A stretch of DNA of 64,000 nucleotides from Thermoplasmata archaeon (GTDB lineage Archaea; Thermoplasmatota; Thermoplasmata; GCA-020350865). The stretch covers positions 3,681,002-3,745,001 of the forward strand of contig CP070751.1 of NCBI GenBank assembly GCA_020348445.1, given 5' to 3'. The position numbers and the translations under genes are program-made. This document shows positions 52,149 through 61,676 of this stretch, one piece after another (position 1 is the stretch's first letter; every line of letters starts with the position of its first letter). Below the pieces are notes generated by a model. That model was not told the DNA's origin, did not search any database, and saw only the letters and a program-made list of their open reading frames with translations.

Positions 52149-52307
52149 GACAATCCCCTCCTTCAAAAAAACGTACCGAGGAAGAAGAAGGCAAGAGCAA
52201 AGGACGCAGGCCTTCATGGAAGTTAGATTTGTGAGCAATCGGTACACTGAGGGAGTGGCAAAATCTTTATCCCCGAAGAGAGATAATGGTTTTAGGGATG
52301 GGGTTTA
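52149..52307 (+). repeat. Structured intergenic element, copy B (left and middle modules; right module absent)
   Basis: GACAATCCCCTCCTT...GGACGCAGGCCTT...AAAATCTTTATC...GATAATGGTTTTAGGGATGGGGTTTA. Confidence 0.85.
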
Positions 52308-52411
52308 ACGGCGACTCCCGAATATAAGCGAGGCTTAAGGTATGATCGTAAGTAAAAAAATACAGACTGCCAATAACAATTAAATCTAAAGAAAATACCC
52401 GGTGAAGAAAA

Positions 52412-53674
52412 ATGAAAGAGAAAGCTATTTCTGTGCTAGTTATTTGGTTGGTTTTGGTTGGGACATTTTTATCTAGCTTTTCTATTTCGTCCATCAGTGG
52501 CCAAGGGGATGAACACGTTGAAACAAGAATCGGAACCGAGATCCAAATATCCAACGCCTCCGGAGATCAAAGTTACCCAGCAATTTATGGCAACCTAATC
52601 GTGTGGGAAGACTATAGAAATTGGAGCTCACGCTATGATATTTATATGTATGATCTTGACACTGGTGAAGAAACTCGGATAACCATCAATGATTATGATC
52701 AAACTGCACCTGCCATCCACGGCAATCGAATTGTCTGGGAAGATAACAGGAATGATAATATGGATATATATATGTATGATTTAAGCACAGGAACAGAAAC
52801 ACCAATATGTCCAAATCCCACAAATCAATATGATCCGGCCATATATGACGACAAAATAGTCTGGAGCTCATTCGGCGGCATTTACTTATACAATCTGACG
52901 AACCAGACCGAGATAAGGATAAATGATGACTATGCACTCTTTGGCAAGAATCCAGATATCCATGGAGATCGAATTGTCTGGCAGGAAAAAAAGAATGAAA
53001 ATTATGATATATATCTCTATGATTTGAGTACAGGTAGCGAAACGCAGATAACAACTGGTCACATAAATTATACTTATCCTGCGATTTATGGCAACTATAT
53101 CATATACACATCTAGTGTAAATAGTGGTGAATTTCTTATATATTTATTTGACCTAACAACCGGATTAGAGAAACAGATAGCCAATGCGATTACGCATGAT
53201 TTACGGCCTGCAATTTATGATAACCTCATCGTTTGGGAAGATGCTGAGAATCATACGGGGGCCTTCATTCGAGATGTTTACCTGTACAACATTATCACGG
53301 ACACTGAGATACGGGTAAGCAACAACACCGCAAACCAGATTAAACCAGATATCTATGGCAATAGAATCGTTTGGATGGATGATAGAAACGGGGGGAGTTG
53401 GGACATATATATATGTGAAATTTCCGTAATGATTAATGGGGAGGAGGATGGTAGAGGAGATGATAAAGACGATATTTTTCCCCTCCTCTACAGCCTGATT
53501 GCCATCATCATAACGATCGTGTTCATTATATTTCTCGTCTTCATAATCAAAGCTAAAAAGAAATCCACTATTCAAAAGGAAGATGAAGAGAAATGGACGA
53601 GATGTCCAAAGTGTAAAGCACGCCTTAAAAAGAAGAATCTTAAAAGCCATATCAAAAAAGTTCATAAAAAATAA
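52412..53674 (+). CDS. Surface beta-propeller repeat protein (TolB-like/methanogen type) with TM and cytoplasmic C2H2 zinc finger
   Basis: Q..PAIYGN.IVWED.RN...DIYMYDL repeats; TM; CPKC...LKSHIKKVH. Confidence 0.85.
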   Translation: MKEKAISVLVIWLVLVGTFLSSFSISSISGQGDEHVETRIGTEIQISNASGDQSYPAIYGNLIVWEDYRNWSSRYDIYMYDLDTGEETRITINDYDQTAPAIHGNRIVWEDNRNDNMDIYMYDLSTGTETPICPNPTNQYDPAIYDDKIVWSSFGGIYLYNLTNQTEIRINDDYALFGKNPDIHGDRIVWQEKKNENYDIYLYDLSTGSETQITTGHINYTYPAIYGNYIIYTSSVNSGEFLIYLFDLTTGLEKQIANAITHDLRPAIYDNLIVWEDAENHTGAFIRDVYLYNIITDTEIRVSNNTANQIKPDIYGNRIVWMDDRNGGSWDIYICEISVMINGEEDGRGDDKDDIFPLLYSLIAIIITIVFIIFLVFIIKAKKKSTIQKEDEEKWTRCPKCKARLKKKNLKSHIKKVHKK

Positions 53675-53699
53675 AATGATAACAGATCACGAGCTACAG

Positions 53700-54004
53700 T
53701 GCGCCGAGCATAAGGGGAACGGCTTCGTTTTCGAATTTTGAAGAAATTTGAAAACTGAGATGGGCGAACGAAGCGAGCACATCGAAGGCGCAGGCAACCA
53801 AACGGTGTGGGGGGAAGAAGGTAAGAACAAAGGGCGCAGGCCTCCATGAAGCAAGGAGTAATCTGAGAGCACAGAATGGCAAAACCTTTATCCCTTTAGG
53901 AAGATAATGGTTTTAGGGATGGGGCTTAGAAATGGCATGTGAACAATAACCCAACGTCATTTCCGAGGCCTGCACCCGTTTACCAATAAAATGAGGTGAT
54001 TCTT
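53700..54004 (+). repeat. Structured intergenic element, copy C (left TIR lost, right TIR degenerate)
   Basis: GCCGAGCATAAGGGG...GGGCGCAGGCCTC...GGGGCTTAGAAATGGC...GAGGCCTGCACCC. Confidence 0.85.
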
Positions 54005-54117
54005 GGGACTAAATTCAGAATTAGTAAATTAATAGCCTTTAAGCCTATACTTTTTTTTATAGCAATTAATATATAATCATACTGTCTATCTATGAAGAGG
54101 TTAATAGGAGGATAAAA

Positions 54118-54624
54118 ATGAAAATTCCCGTGTTTGTTTCTTGTCCAACAACCTTAAATGATAATCAAGAGAGTGCAAGAAAAATTATTATTCATGAACT
54201 TGATGAATTAGGATTAGAACCCAGAGCATTGGGAAGAACGGATTATCCTGCAGATTTCCCCTTGAAGGAAGTTTTAGTTATTGCAAATCATTGTTCGGGA
54301 GGAGTTGTTTTAGGATTTGAACAATTTTCAACAGATAAGGGGATATGGAAAAGGGGGATGAAAGAAGAAAGAGTTCAGAACGATTTAATTGCATTTTCGA
54401 CTCCATGGAATCACCTTGAAGCAGGTATTATGTTTGCTTTAAGCCTTCCGCTTATTGTTTTTAAAGAAAATAGTATTTCTGGAGGAGTTTTCGATAGAGG
54501 TGTTACAGATGTATTTATCCATAAAATGCCCATGGGGGAATTATCCAAACAAAGTAAAAATGCACTAAGGGAAGTGTTTCTAAATTGGCAAAGGAAAGTA
54601 AGGGCACACTATTATGGAGATTAA
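54118..54624 (+). CDS. TIR-like/nucleoside-deoxyribosyltransferase-fold protein
   Basis: VFVSCP first strand, PWNHLEAG putative catalytic Glu, LPLIVFKE; fold inferred by eye. Confidence 0.55.
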   Translation: MKIPVFVSCPTTLNDNQESARKIIIHELDELGLEPRALGRTDYPADFPLKEVLVIANHCSGGVVLGFEQFSTDKGIWKRGMKEERVQNDLIAFSTPWNHLEAGIMFALSLPLIVFKENSISGGVFDRGVTDVFIHKMPMGELSKQSKNALREVFLNWQRKVRAHYYGD

Positions 54625-54947
54625 ATAACTTATGCTATAATGGTTGTATTCTTTCTTTTGGATAATAACTTGCCTGGTTTTTTATTCCTGTTCTTTCCGG
54701 TTTTGAATTTCATGGTTTTATCGTTTGGAGCAAGTTTTTAGTGTATTACTTTCTATGGAATAGAGAGTTTTACTTGAAATATGCGATTTTTATATGAAAG
54801 ACGAAGTTGAGGAGAGGATAATGCAAAAGAAGTTTTACAATCAGAGGAATGCAACAAGACGACGGGATGTGAAGGCAAACAATATTGTTAGTAAAATATA
54901 TATGGTCATTTATATGTAATGATCTTGATTATTTGGAGATGATATAT

Positions 54948-55946
54948 ATGAAACTAATTGAAATAGAGATAATGAATAAAGAAAGTATCGTTAATGTTGA
55001 AGCGGATTATATCATGTTGAAAAACGCCGAGGAAGGATTGTTTGGTCCAGAATTAAATGTTAATAAAGTTTCAGGAGGATTATTATCTCTATTAAATAAG
55101 CCAGAAGAAACAAAAATTGGAGCTGTAAATATTATAACTAATGTAAGTGGGACTTCTGCAAAAGGAGTTATTCTCATTGGTATAGGTCTAGGATTCCAGT
55201 TTCGCTATAAAGCTTTAGGTATTATGTGCAAAAAAATGATAGAAACGGTATTTAAAATATCTCCACCTGTAAAAGTTATTGCAACTGTTAATCATGGTGT
55301 AGGTTTTGGTCTTGATCGAAGAGAGGTTTTTCTTACACAATTAGTTAGTTTTAAATCCGCTCTTGAAAAAACTGATAAAACACTTGAAATTGAAAAAATA
55401 AGATTCAATGAAACAAAAGAGATGAATGTAAATTTTTTAAAAGTTTATCTTAAGGAACTTTCCGATTTAGATGAAAGCCCTATTATCAAAAAAGAAGATA
55501 AATATTTTTTACAACTAGGAAAGAGTTCAGAAATATTAACGCAATTTGTTATGAGAGTGGAAAAAGGTGATTATGTATTTGTGGCTATGCCTTTTGCAGA
55601 GGAATTTGAAAATGTTTATGATTTTGGAATAAGATTGCCAATTATTGAAAAACAATTTCAACCTATTCGAACCGATAAAAAATATTTTGTGGGTTCAGTT
55701 TTAAGAGAAATACAAAATAGAATTCAAAAGAGTATATTAGTAATAGCGGATATAAGTACTCTTAACCCAAATGTAATGTTTGAATTAGGGTATGCCCAAG
55801 GCTGTGGGAAACCAACAATAATAATATGTCGCACAGGAGAAAAACTTCCATTTAATGTTTCTGGAATGAACATAATATTTTATAATCCACATTTATTAAG
55901 AGAATTAAATGATTCTCTATTAAAAGCACTATCAGCAATAATGTAA
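54948..55946 (+). CDS. Macro-like N-terminal domain fused to an NDT/TIR-like C-terminal domain
   Basis: VEADYIMLK and VIATVNHGVGFGLD (macro-like); FVAMPF...VIADISTLNPNVMFELGYA.G.GKP (NDT-like); likely ATG 54948 after GGAGA. Confidence 0.65.
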   Translation: MKLIEIEIMNKESIVNVEADYIMLKNAEEGLFGPELNVNKVSGGLLSLLNKPEETKIGAVNIITNVSGTSAKGVILIGIGLGFQFRYKALGIMCKKMIETVFKISPPVKVIATVNHGVGFGLDRREVFLTQLVSFKSALEKTDKTLEIEKIRFNETKEMNVNFLKVYLKELSDLDESPIIKKEDKYFLQLGKSSEILTQFVMRVEKGDYVFVAMPFAEEFENVYDFGIRLPIIEKQFQPIRTDKKYFVGSVLREIQNRIQKSILVIADISTLNPNVMFELGYAQGCGKPTIIICRTGEKLPFNVSGMNIIFYNPHLLRELNDSLLKALSAIM

Positions 55947-55974
55947 AATTTAATAGAGAATAATTTTATTTTAA

Positions 55975-56330
55975 GACACTCCCCTCCTTAATAAAGAGCG
56001 CGCCGAATATAAGGGGGACGGCTTTACCACAGGCACGCAAACCGAGACCAAAGGTCGAGGAAATGTGCAGTGCGAAGCACTGTATGTGGGGAAGCCACCC
56101 TTTTTCCACCGGCGCTTTTTATAATAGGGCCGATGGGGAGGATGAAGGTAAGAGCAAAGGACGCAGGCCTCCTATAAGCAAGGAGCAATCCAAGAGTGCG
56201 GAGTGGCAAAACCTTTATCTTAGCAAGAGATAATGGTTTTAGGGGTGGGGCTTAGAAATGGCATGAGGACAATATCCCAACGCCATTTCCGAGGACTGCG
56301 TCCGTCATAAAGAAAAAGGAGGGGATTGTC
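55975..56330 (+). repeat. Structured intergenic element, copy D (complete, 356 bp)
   Basis: TIRs GACACTCCCCTCCTT / AAGGAGGGGATTGTC; nested stems; CAGTGC-GAA-GCACTG hairpin. Confidence 0.9.
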
Positions 56331-56422
56331 GATAATAAATAATTTACATGTGTAATTATATAAAAATGCTTAAATCTCATCAAATTAATATAAGATAGGA
56401 TTTTAAATTTAGGAGGAAGAAA

Positions 56423-57145
56423 ATGGCAGAGAATAATAAAACTTCAAACGGCGGGACCAGAATTGTCCTTGCATATGTGACTATTATCTTTTCGATAGCG
56501 GCTATCACTACTTTAGCTTTGATTGCTATAGTAAGTGACCAAGCGAACACCATGACCGTTTTCAACATTATGTTGCCGATGTTCGCAACCTGGGTGGGTA
56601 CCATATTGGCATTCTATTTTGGTAGGGAAAACTTTGAATCGGCAAATGAACAAGTTCAGAAAATGGTCGACCGAATTACTCCCGAGCAACGCGCAAAGGC
56701 ACCTGTCACCTCGATTATGAGGAGATTGAATATAACAACCCATTACCAGATTCCAAAAGGAAAAGACGATAAAGATGTAAAGCTCTCGGAATTGAAAGAC
56801 AAACTCATGCCTATAAATATTACTCGCCTACCTATTATCTATTCTGATAAAAAACCGAAGTATATGATCCATGAAAGTAGCATCGATAAATATATTTCCA
56901 CTGGTGGTAAGCAAGATGACACTCTTGAGAAGTTCGTTACCACACAGAAGAAAGAAGGATTTGAGTTCGGTTTGAACAAAGGCTTTATTGTGGTCTCGGA
57001 AGAAACCTCACTTTCAGTAGCAAAGCGCAAAATGGAGGAAATCCCTCCCTGTCAAGACATTTTTATCACGAAAGAAGGAAGTCCAGACGAACCACTTACG
57101 GGATGGATTTCAAATATACGAATGGGGAAATATCTCGAACCGTAA
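56423..57145 (+). CDS. Two-TM protein with a CBS-like cytoplasmic domain
   Basis: Two N-terminal hydrophobic helices (...TWVGTILAFYFGRENF); PVTSIM and ITRLPII segments are CBS-like. Confidence 0.6.
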   Translation: MAENNKTSNGGTRIVLAYVTIIFSIAAITTLALIAIVSDQANTMTVFNIMLPMFATWVGTILAFYFGRENFESANEQVQKMVDRITPEQRAKAPVTSIMRRLNITTHYQIPKGKDDKDVKLSELKDKLMPINITRLPIIYSDKKPKYMIHESSIDKYISTGGKQDDTLEKFVTTQKKEGFEFGLNKGFIVVSEETSLSVAKRKMEEIPPCQDIFITKEGSPDEPLTGWISNIRMGKYLEP

Positions 57146-57340
57146 AAAAACAAAGGAAAATGAGGATAGATAAAATAAGGAAATATTTAGGTGACTCGGC
57201 CCAAACTCGGTGCTTCGCACCGACCCTAACGGGTATGTATAACTAAAGGTTATCTGACTCACCTTAAACATATATTGTAAAATAGCAATTAATTTATATC
57301 CATTTATCTGATATATAAGAAACATATTAGGAGGGAAAAT

Positions 57341-57526
57341 ATGAAAATTCCTGTGTTTGTATCATGCCCAACTATGTTGAATAATAATCAAGAGAACGCA
57401 AGAGAAATAATTATTCATGAACTTGACGAATTAGGATTAGAGCCAAGGGCATTGGGTAGAACTGATTACCCAACAGATTTCCCTCTGATATCGCTGGTTA
57501 CGATAGGATTGAATATCAAAGTATAG
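57341..57526 (+). pseudogene. Truncated duplicate of 54118-54624 (similarity ends after about 48 codons)
   Basis: MKIPVFVSCP...LGLEPRALGRTDYP.DFPL nearly identical, then unrelated sequence. Confidence 0.85.
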
Positions 57527-57699
57527 TTGAGTTTAAAGAGTTGCTAGATTTAAAATTTAAAAAATTTGTAAAAGAATTTATAAGGGTATAGAATATTATC
57601 GGTAATTGGATTTCGGATAGCAATCATATTTCCTTGAGGTAAATTAATATGTTTATTGCAATTGCATAATCATATATTAGCCTTATCAGAGGAAGACAT

Positions 57700-58746
57700 A
57701 TGGTAAAAGATTTAAAAACTTGTTTCATATTAATGCCCTTCTCAGGTACACACTCTTGTACGGAAGATGAGTGGGAGCATATATTCAAAAACATCTTTAA
57801 ACCAACATTTTAGGAATTAGGTTATAAATGTTGGAGGTCAGAGGCTACAACTGGAAATGTATTGAAGGATATACTAAAGGATATTTTAAATTGCACAATT
57901 GTAGTACCGGATCTAACGGACCGGAATCCAAATGTCTTTTATGAATTGGGAGTACGACATTCATTGCGAAATAAAACAATAATTCTTGCCCAAAATAGAT
58001 CAGATATACCTTTTGACCTACAATCATATGCAAACCACAAATATCGGTGGAAAACGAAAAAAGACCTCGATAGTTTTAAAAAAAGAATGAAATCTTTAGT
58101 TAATTATATTGAAGCTCATCCTGATCGCCCTGATAACCCTGTGGGTGACTTTTTAGGAACAAAAGAAGGTATTGAAGATACTATTGGTTCTATATCAACG
58201 TTTATTGATCGTTTTCAAAATCAAATGAACATTTATAAAAAAGAGAGTGACATGCTAAAATCAGATATTGAAGAATTAAAAAATGTTGTATCGACAATTC
58301 CTGCTCCTAAAAAAGACCTTCAGCTTAGGCACCGGTTTGAAGGTGTGTGGTATAGTGAGGAAACGGACAACACATTAGTAATAAAAGTGGTAAACAATAA
58401 AATAAGAGGGTGCTATAATTATGGACATAATAAATTAATTGGACATTATAGAAATACTGCTATTGTAGGTGGTATTTTACGATATGAATTCGAGTGGATA
58501 GATAAGTCTTATGCCGGAAAAGGATTTGAAAAATTAAGTAAAGATGGTAAAAAAATGTCTGGTGGGTGGTGGTTTTCCTATATGAACCTCAAATATGATA
58601 TTGCTGAGAAACATTATGAATCTGTAACAACACCTGAGGATCTAATAATAACAAAAAGTGAATTTAAAAGGAGGAGAAGAAAAACTCCAAAATGGGCAGA
58701 AGTATATTTTAAAAATATTCAAAAAAGTCCATCATATTATGATTGA
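57700..58746 (+). pseudogene. NDT-like domain + coiled coil + beta-barrel protein with an in-frame TAG at 57811-57813
   Basis: ATG 57700 gives MVKDLKTCFILMPFS...FKPTF*ELG in frame with track ORF 57862 (DLTDRNPNVFYELGVRH). Confidence 0.75.
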
Positions 58747-58809
58747 TAAGGAAGTCGATGATACGCTCTGATTTTCCTCTCATCTACTTATAAAGCGCAT
58801 CAATATAAA

Positions 58810-59203
58810 GACAATCCTCTCCTAATATAAAGCGTGCCGAGCATAAGGGGGACGGCTTCGTTTTCGAATTTTGAAGAAATTTGAAAACTAAGTGGGCGAG
58901 CGAAGCGAGACCACGGAGGCGCAGGCACAAGACGGTCTGGGGAGGAAGAAGGTAAGTGCAAAGGACGCAGGCCTCCGTGGAAGCTCCGGCTGAGGGAGCC
59001 CGGTTTTCCTGGGCGAACGAGGGTTGCGACGAGAGTGGGCATTTAAATCTTCAGTGATGTATAATTATGGAGCCAGGAGCAATCGGAAATGACGGTAGTG
59101 GCAAAACCTTTATCCCCGTAGAGAGATAATGGTTTTAGGGGCGAACGAGCAGGCGAATCAAACAATAGCGTAAAAAGCCAGCGCAGTGAGCGGACGGGGC
59201 TTA
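58810..59203 (+). repeat. Structured intergenic element, copy E (left TIR plus extended middle, ends at GGGGCTTA)
   Basis: GACAATCCTCTCCT...GCGAGCGAAGCGAG...GGACGCAGGCCTC...GATAATGGTTTTAGGGG...CGGGGCTTA. Confidence 0.88.
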
Positions 59204-59311
59204 AAGGCGAGGGGGCATGTATTTATCGAAGGAGTTTGGCCTCGGTTCTAAAGTATAAAATATGTGGAAAAACATAAATATGTTAAACAACATATATAGA
59301 TTGGTGAGAAT

Positions 59312-59542
59312 ATGCCAAGTATGACGCTATCTATCCCAGAAGATCTCCACTCATTCATTAAAAGACATAATGAAATTCGCTGGAGCGAGATTGCACGGAG
59401 AGCTATGTGGGATTATGCAAAACGATTAGAGATATTGGATCGTATTGCAGAAAAAAGTAAACTTACTGAGAAAGATGTCGAAGAATTAGACAGAATGATA
59501 AAGAAAGCAGTTCACAAACATTATAGGAAGTATACCAAATGA
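59312..59542 (+). CDS. Ribbon-helix-helix antitoxin (VapB-like)
   Basis: MTLSIPEDL...IRWSEIARRAM; ATGA overlap with the PIN gene. Confidence 0.85.
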   Translation: MPSMTLSIPEDLHSFIKRHNEIRWSEIARRAMWDYAKRLEILDRIAEKSKLTEKDVEELDRMIKKAVHKHYRKYTK

Positions 59543-59949
59543 GATTCGTAGTGGACACTAACATAATATTTTCTGCACTAATAAAGGATTCAATATCTAG
59601 GAAGATTTTATTATCAACAAAATTTGAGTTTTTTACACCCGAGTACATTTTTGTAGAAATCCAAAATCACTCAGATGAAATTATCAGGAGGTGTGATCTT
59701 GATACTGAGGGTTTTGAACTCATGGTAGATTCATTAATGACTGATGTCATGGTAGTCTCTATCGATGATTTTAAAAAATATATACCAAAGGCATATCATA
59801 TAATGAAAGATATTGATGAATATGATACCTCATTTTTAGCACTTGGATTAATGATAGACGGAGAAGGGATATGGAGTAATGATGCCCATTTTGACAAACA
59901 GAATGCAATTAAGGTGTGGAAAACAAAGGACATGATAAAGCTTCTTTAA
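59539..59949 (+). CDS. PIN-domain toxin (VapC-like)
   Basis: VVDTNIIFSAL, EIQNH, DEYDTSFLAL, IWSNDAHF acidic quartet. Confidence 0.92.
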   Translation: MRFVVDTNIIFSALIKDSISRKILLSTKFEFFTPEYIFVEIQNHSDEIIRRCDLDTEGFELMVDSLMTDVMVVSIDDFKKYIPKAYHIMKDIDEYDTSFLALGLMIDGEGIWSNDAHFDKQNAIKVWKTKDMIKLL

Positions 59950-61270
59950 ATCATTTATAATATCCTGAGCAGGTAGGGGATGGCCAGCACAAGGATATAA
60001 TGGCTAGGGGAGGTATAGGAAGGGCCAAACTCCGCTTGAAATCTAGATGCACCCTCGCCTTCGATGCGTGAGCTATTTATAGCGACGCAAGCGACTGTGG
60101 AAGATGGTATGTTTAAATCCGCCTTCGAGATAATGTGCTCGGAGGTGCAGAAGTATGCTATACGCAGGATTGGATGTACATAAAAACTTTTGTCAGGCCA
60201 TAGTAATGACAAAAGGAGGTAAAGTTGTAAAAGAAGATAAGATAGGAACGGAGCAGGAAGATATCGAAGAATTCTTTTATGGGTTGAAGAATGTAAGAAT
60301 TGCGTTTGAGGCATCGATGTATTATGAGTATGTCTACGAAATACTCAATGGATTGGGATATGAAGTATCTCTATCCCATTCATTAAAGACAAGGCTGATA
60401 GCCGAGTCAAGGATAAAGACAGATAAGATCGATGCAAAGGCACTAGCAGATTTGTTACGAGCAGATCCATTGCCAACATCTTATATCCCGCCTGAAGATA
60501 TTCGTAAAGTGAGACATTTAGTCCGTCATAGGATATTCTTAGGAAGACACCGGACCAAATTGAAGAACCATATATATTCAGAGTTGAACCATAGAAACTT
60601 GAAGTTCTGCGGTCCTGATGTGTTCACCAGGGCTGGTATGAAATGGTTGCAGGGATTAAATATCCCAGCAATTAATTCCTACTTGGTAATTTTAGATGCG
60701 GTATTAAATGAAGTAAAATCTGTAGAGTTGAAGATAAAGATTGAAGGTATGAAATATGATGAAGTAAGGTTGTTGAGCACTATACCGGGAATAGGAGTAT
60801 ATTCTGCATTGATAATCCTTTCAGAGATAGGAGACATAAATCGGTTCAGCTCTGAAGAGAAATTGTACTCCTATGCTGGAATGATACCTAGAGTCCATCA
60901 ATCTGGCGATAGTAGTTATCAAGGTAGAATCACGAAGGAGGGTTCTAAACACCTTAGATGGATCTTAGTAGAAGCACTCCGAATCCATATTCAATGTGCA
61001 CCAGATAGTAAGGTCACTCGTTATTATTATCGTCTCAAAAAGAAGAAACCAGGTAATGTTGCTACTATGGCAGGAGCAAGAAAGCTTCTTCAAGTGATTT
61101 ATCATATGTTGAAAAATCAGGATGAATATCGAGGTTAGATGTGCAGACCTTGAGGCGGAGCTTGCGGCATTGCGACCGCCCGTGGAAGATTAAGGTGCAC
61201 ATCTAACCAAGGACGAAGCAGCCATATTGCGGCACTATGACCGCGAATAGGAGCATGTCATAAGTGATAT
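59950..61270 (+). mobile_element. IS110-family insertion sequence (ends approximate)
   Basis: Transposase flanked by GC-richer, hairpin-rich non-coding ends; weak 9/11 subterminal IR ATCATTTATAA (59950) / TCATAAGTGAT (61258). Confidence 0.7.
60155..61138 (+). CDS. IS110-family DEDD recombinase/transposase
   Basis: GLDVHK, FEAS, KTDKIDA (DEDD); IPGIG; HQSG serine; KEGSKHLRWILVEA. Confidence 0.95.
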   Translation: MLYAGLDVHKNFCQAIVMTKGGKVVKEDKIGTEQEDIEEFFYGLKNVRIAFEASMYYEYVYEILNGLGYEVSLSHSLKTRLIAESRIKTDKIDAKALADLLRADPLPTSYIPPEDIRKVRHLVRHRIFLGRHRTKLKNHIYSELNHRNLKFCGPDVFTRAGMKWLQGLNIPAINSYLVILDAVLNEVKSVELKIKIEGMKYDEVRLLSTIPGIGVYSALIILSEIGDINRFSSEEKLYSYAGMIPRVHQSGDSSYQGRITKEGSKHLRWILVEALRIHIQCAPDSKVTRYYYRLKKKKPGNVATMAGARKLLQVIYHMLKNQDEYRG

Positions 61271-61319
61271 ATACAAACGAAAATAATAAGGTATCGTAAA
61301 TTCGGGCGGATTTCACATA

Positions 61320-61597
61320 GAAGCTCCGCCCGAGAGAGTCGACGGGGCGAGCGAGGGGTTGCGACCGGCGAATATATTTGGCGACACAGGGAGCAATTCG
61401 AGTGTTCGAGGTCAGATTTTATGATCGACGCCTCGATATTCCGGACGGAGTGGCCGAAGTGGTTATATGTGATTAATGTCATAGCGGAGAGGGATACAAG
61501 CAAAGTCCCAGTTTCTGGGGCTTAGAAATGGCATGTGGACATGTCCCAACGCCATTTCCGAGGCCTACGTCCGTCTTAAAAAAAAGGAGGGGATTGT
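61320..61597 (+). repeat. Structured intergenic element, copy F (middle fragment 61320-61365 and right module 61517-61597)
   Basis: GAAGCTCCGCCCGAG...GGGTTGCGAC, then GGGGCTTAGAAATGGC...GAGGCCTACGTCC...AAGGAGGGATTGTC. Confidence 0.85.
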
Positions 61598-61676
61598 CAA
61601 AACGATTGAGTATTTCGATCTTAAACAAAATATAAATGATGATAGATTATATCTACTTCTTAAGAGCGTGAATTGA

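Noticed and set aside
4861-57813. Genome-wide stop-codon reassignment
   Set aside because: The three internal stops are of different types (TAA, TGA, TAG), and all three codons also end genes normally here
61443-61520. tRNA gene (GGACGGAGTGGCCGAAGTGGTTA resembles a Ser/Leu D-arm)
   Set aside because: No anticodon arm, no GTTCRANYC T-loop and no acceptor-stem pairing downstream
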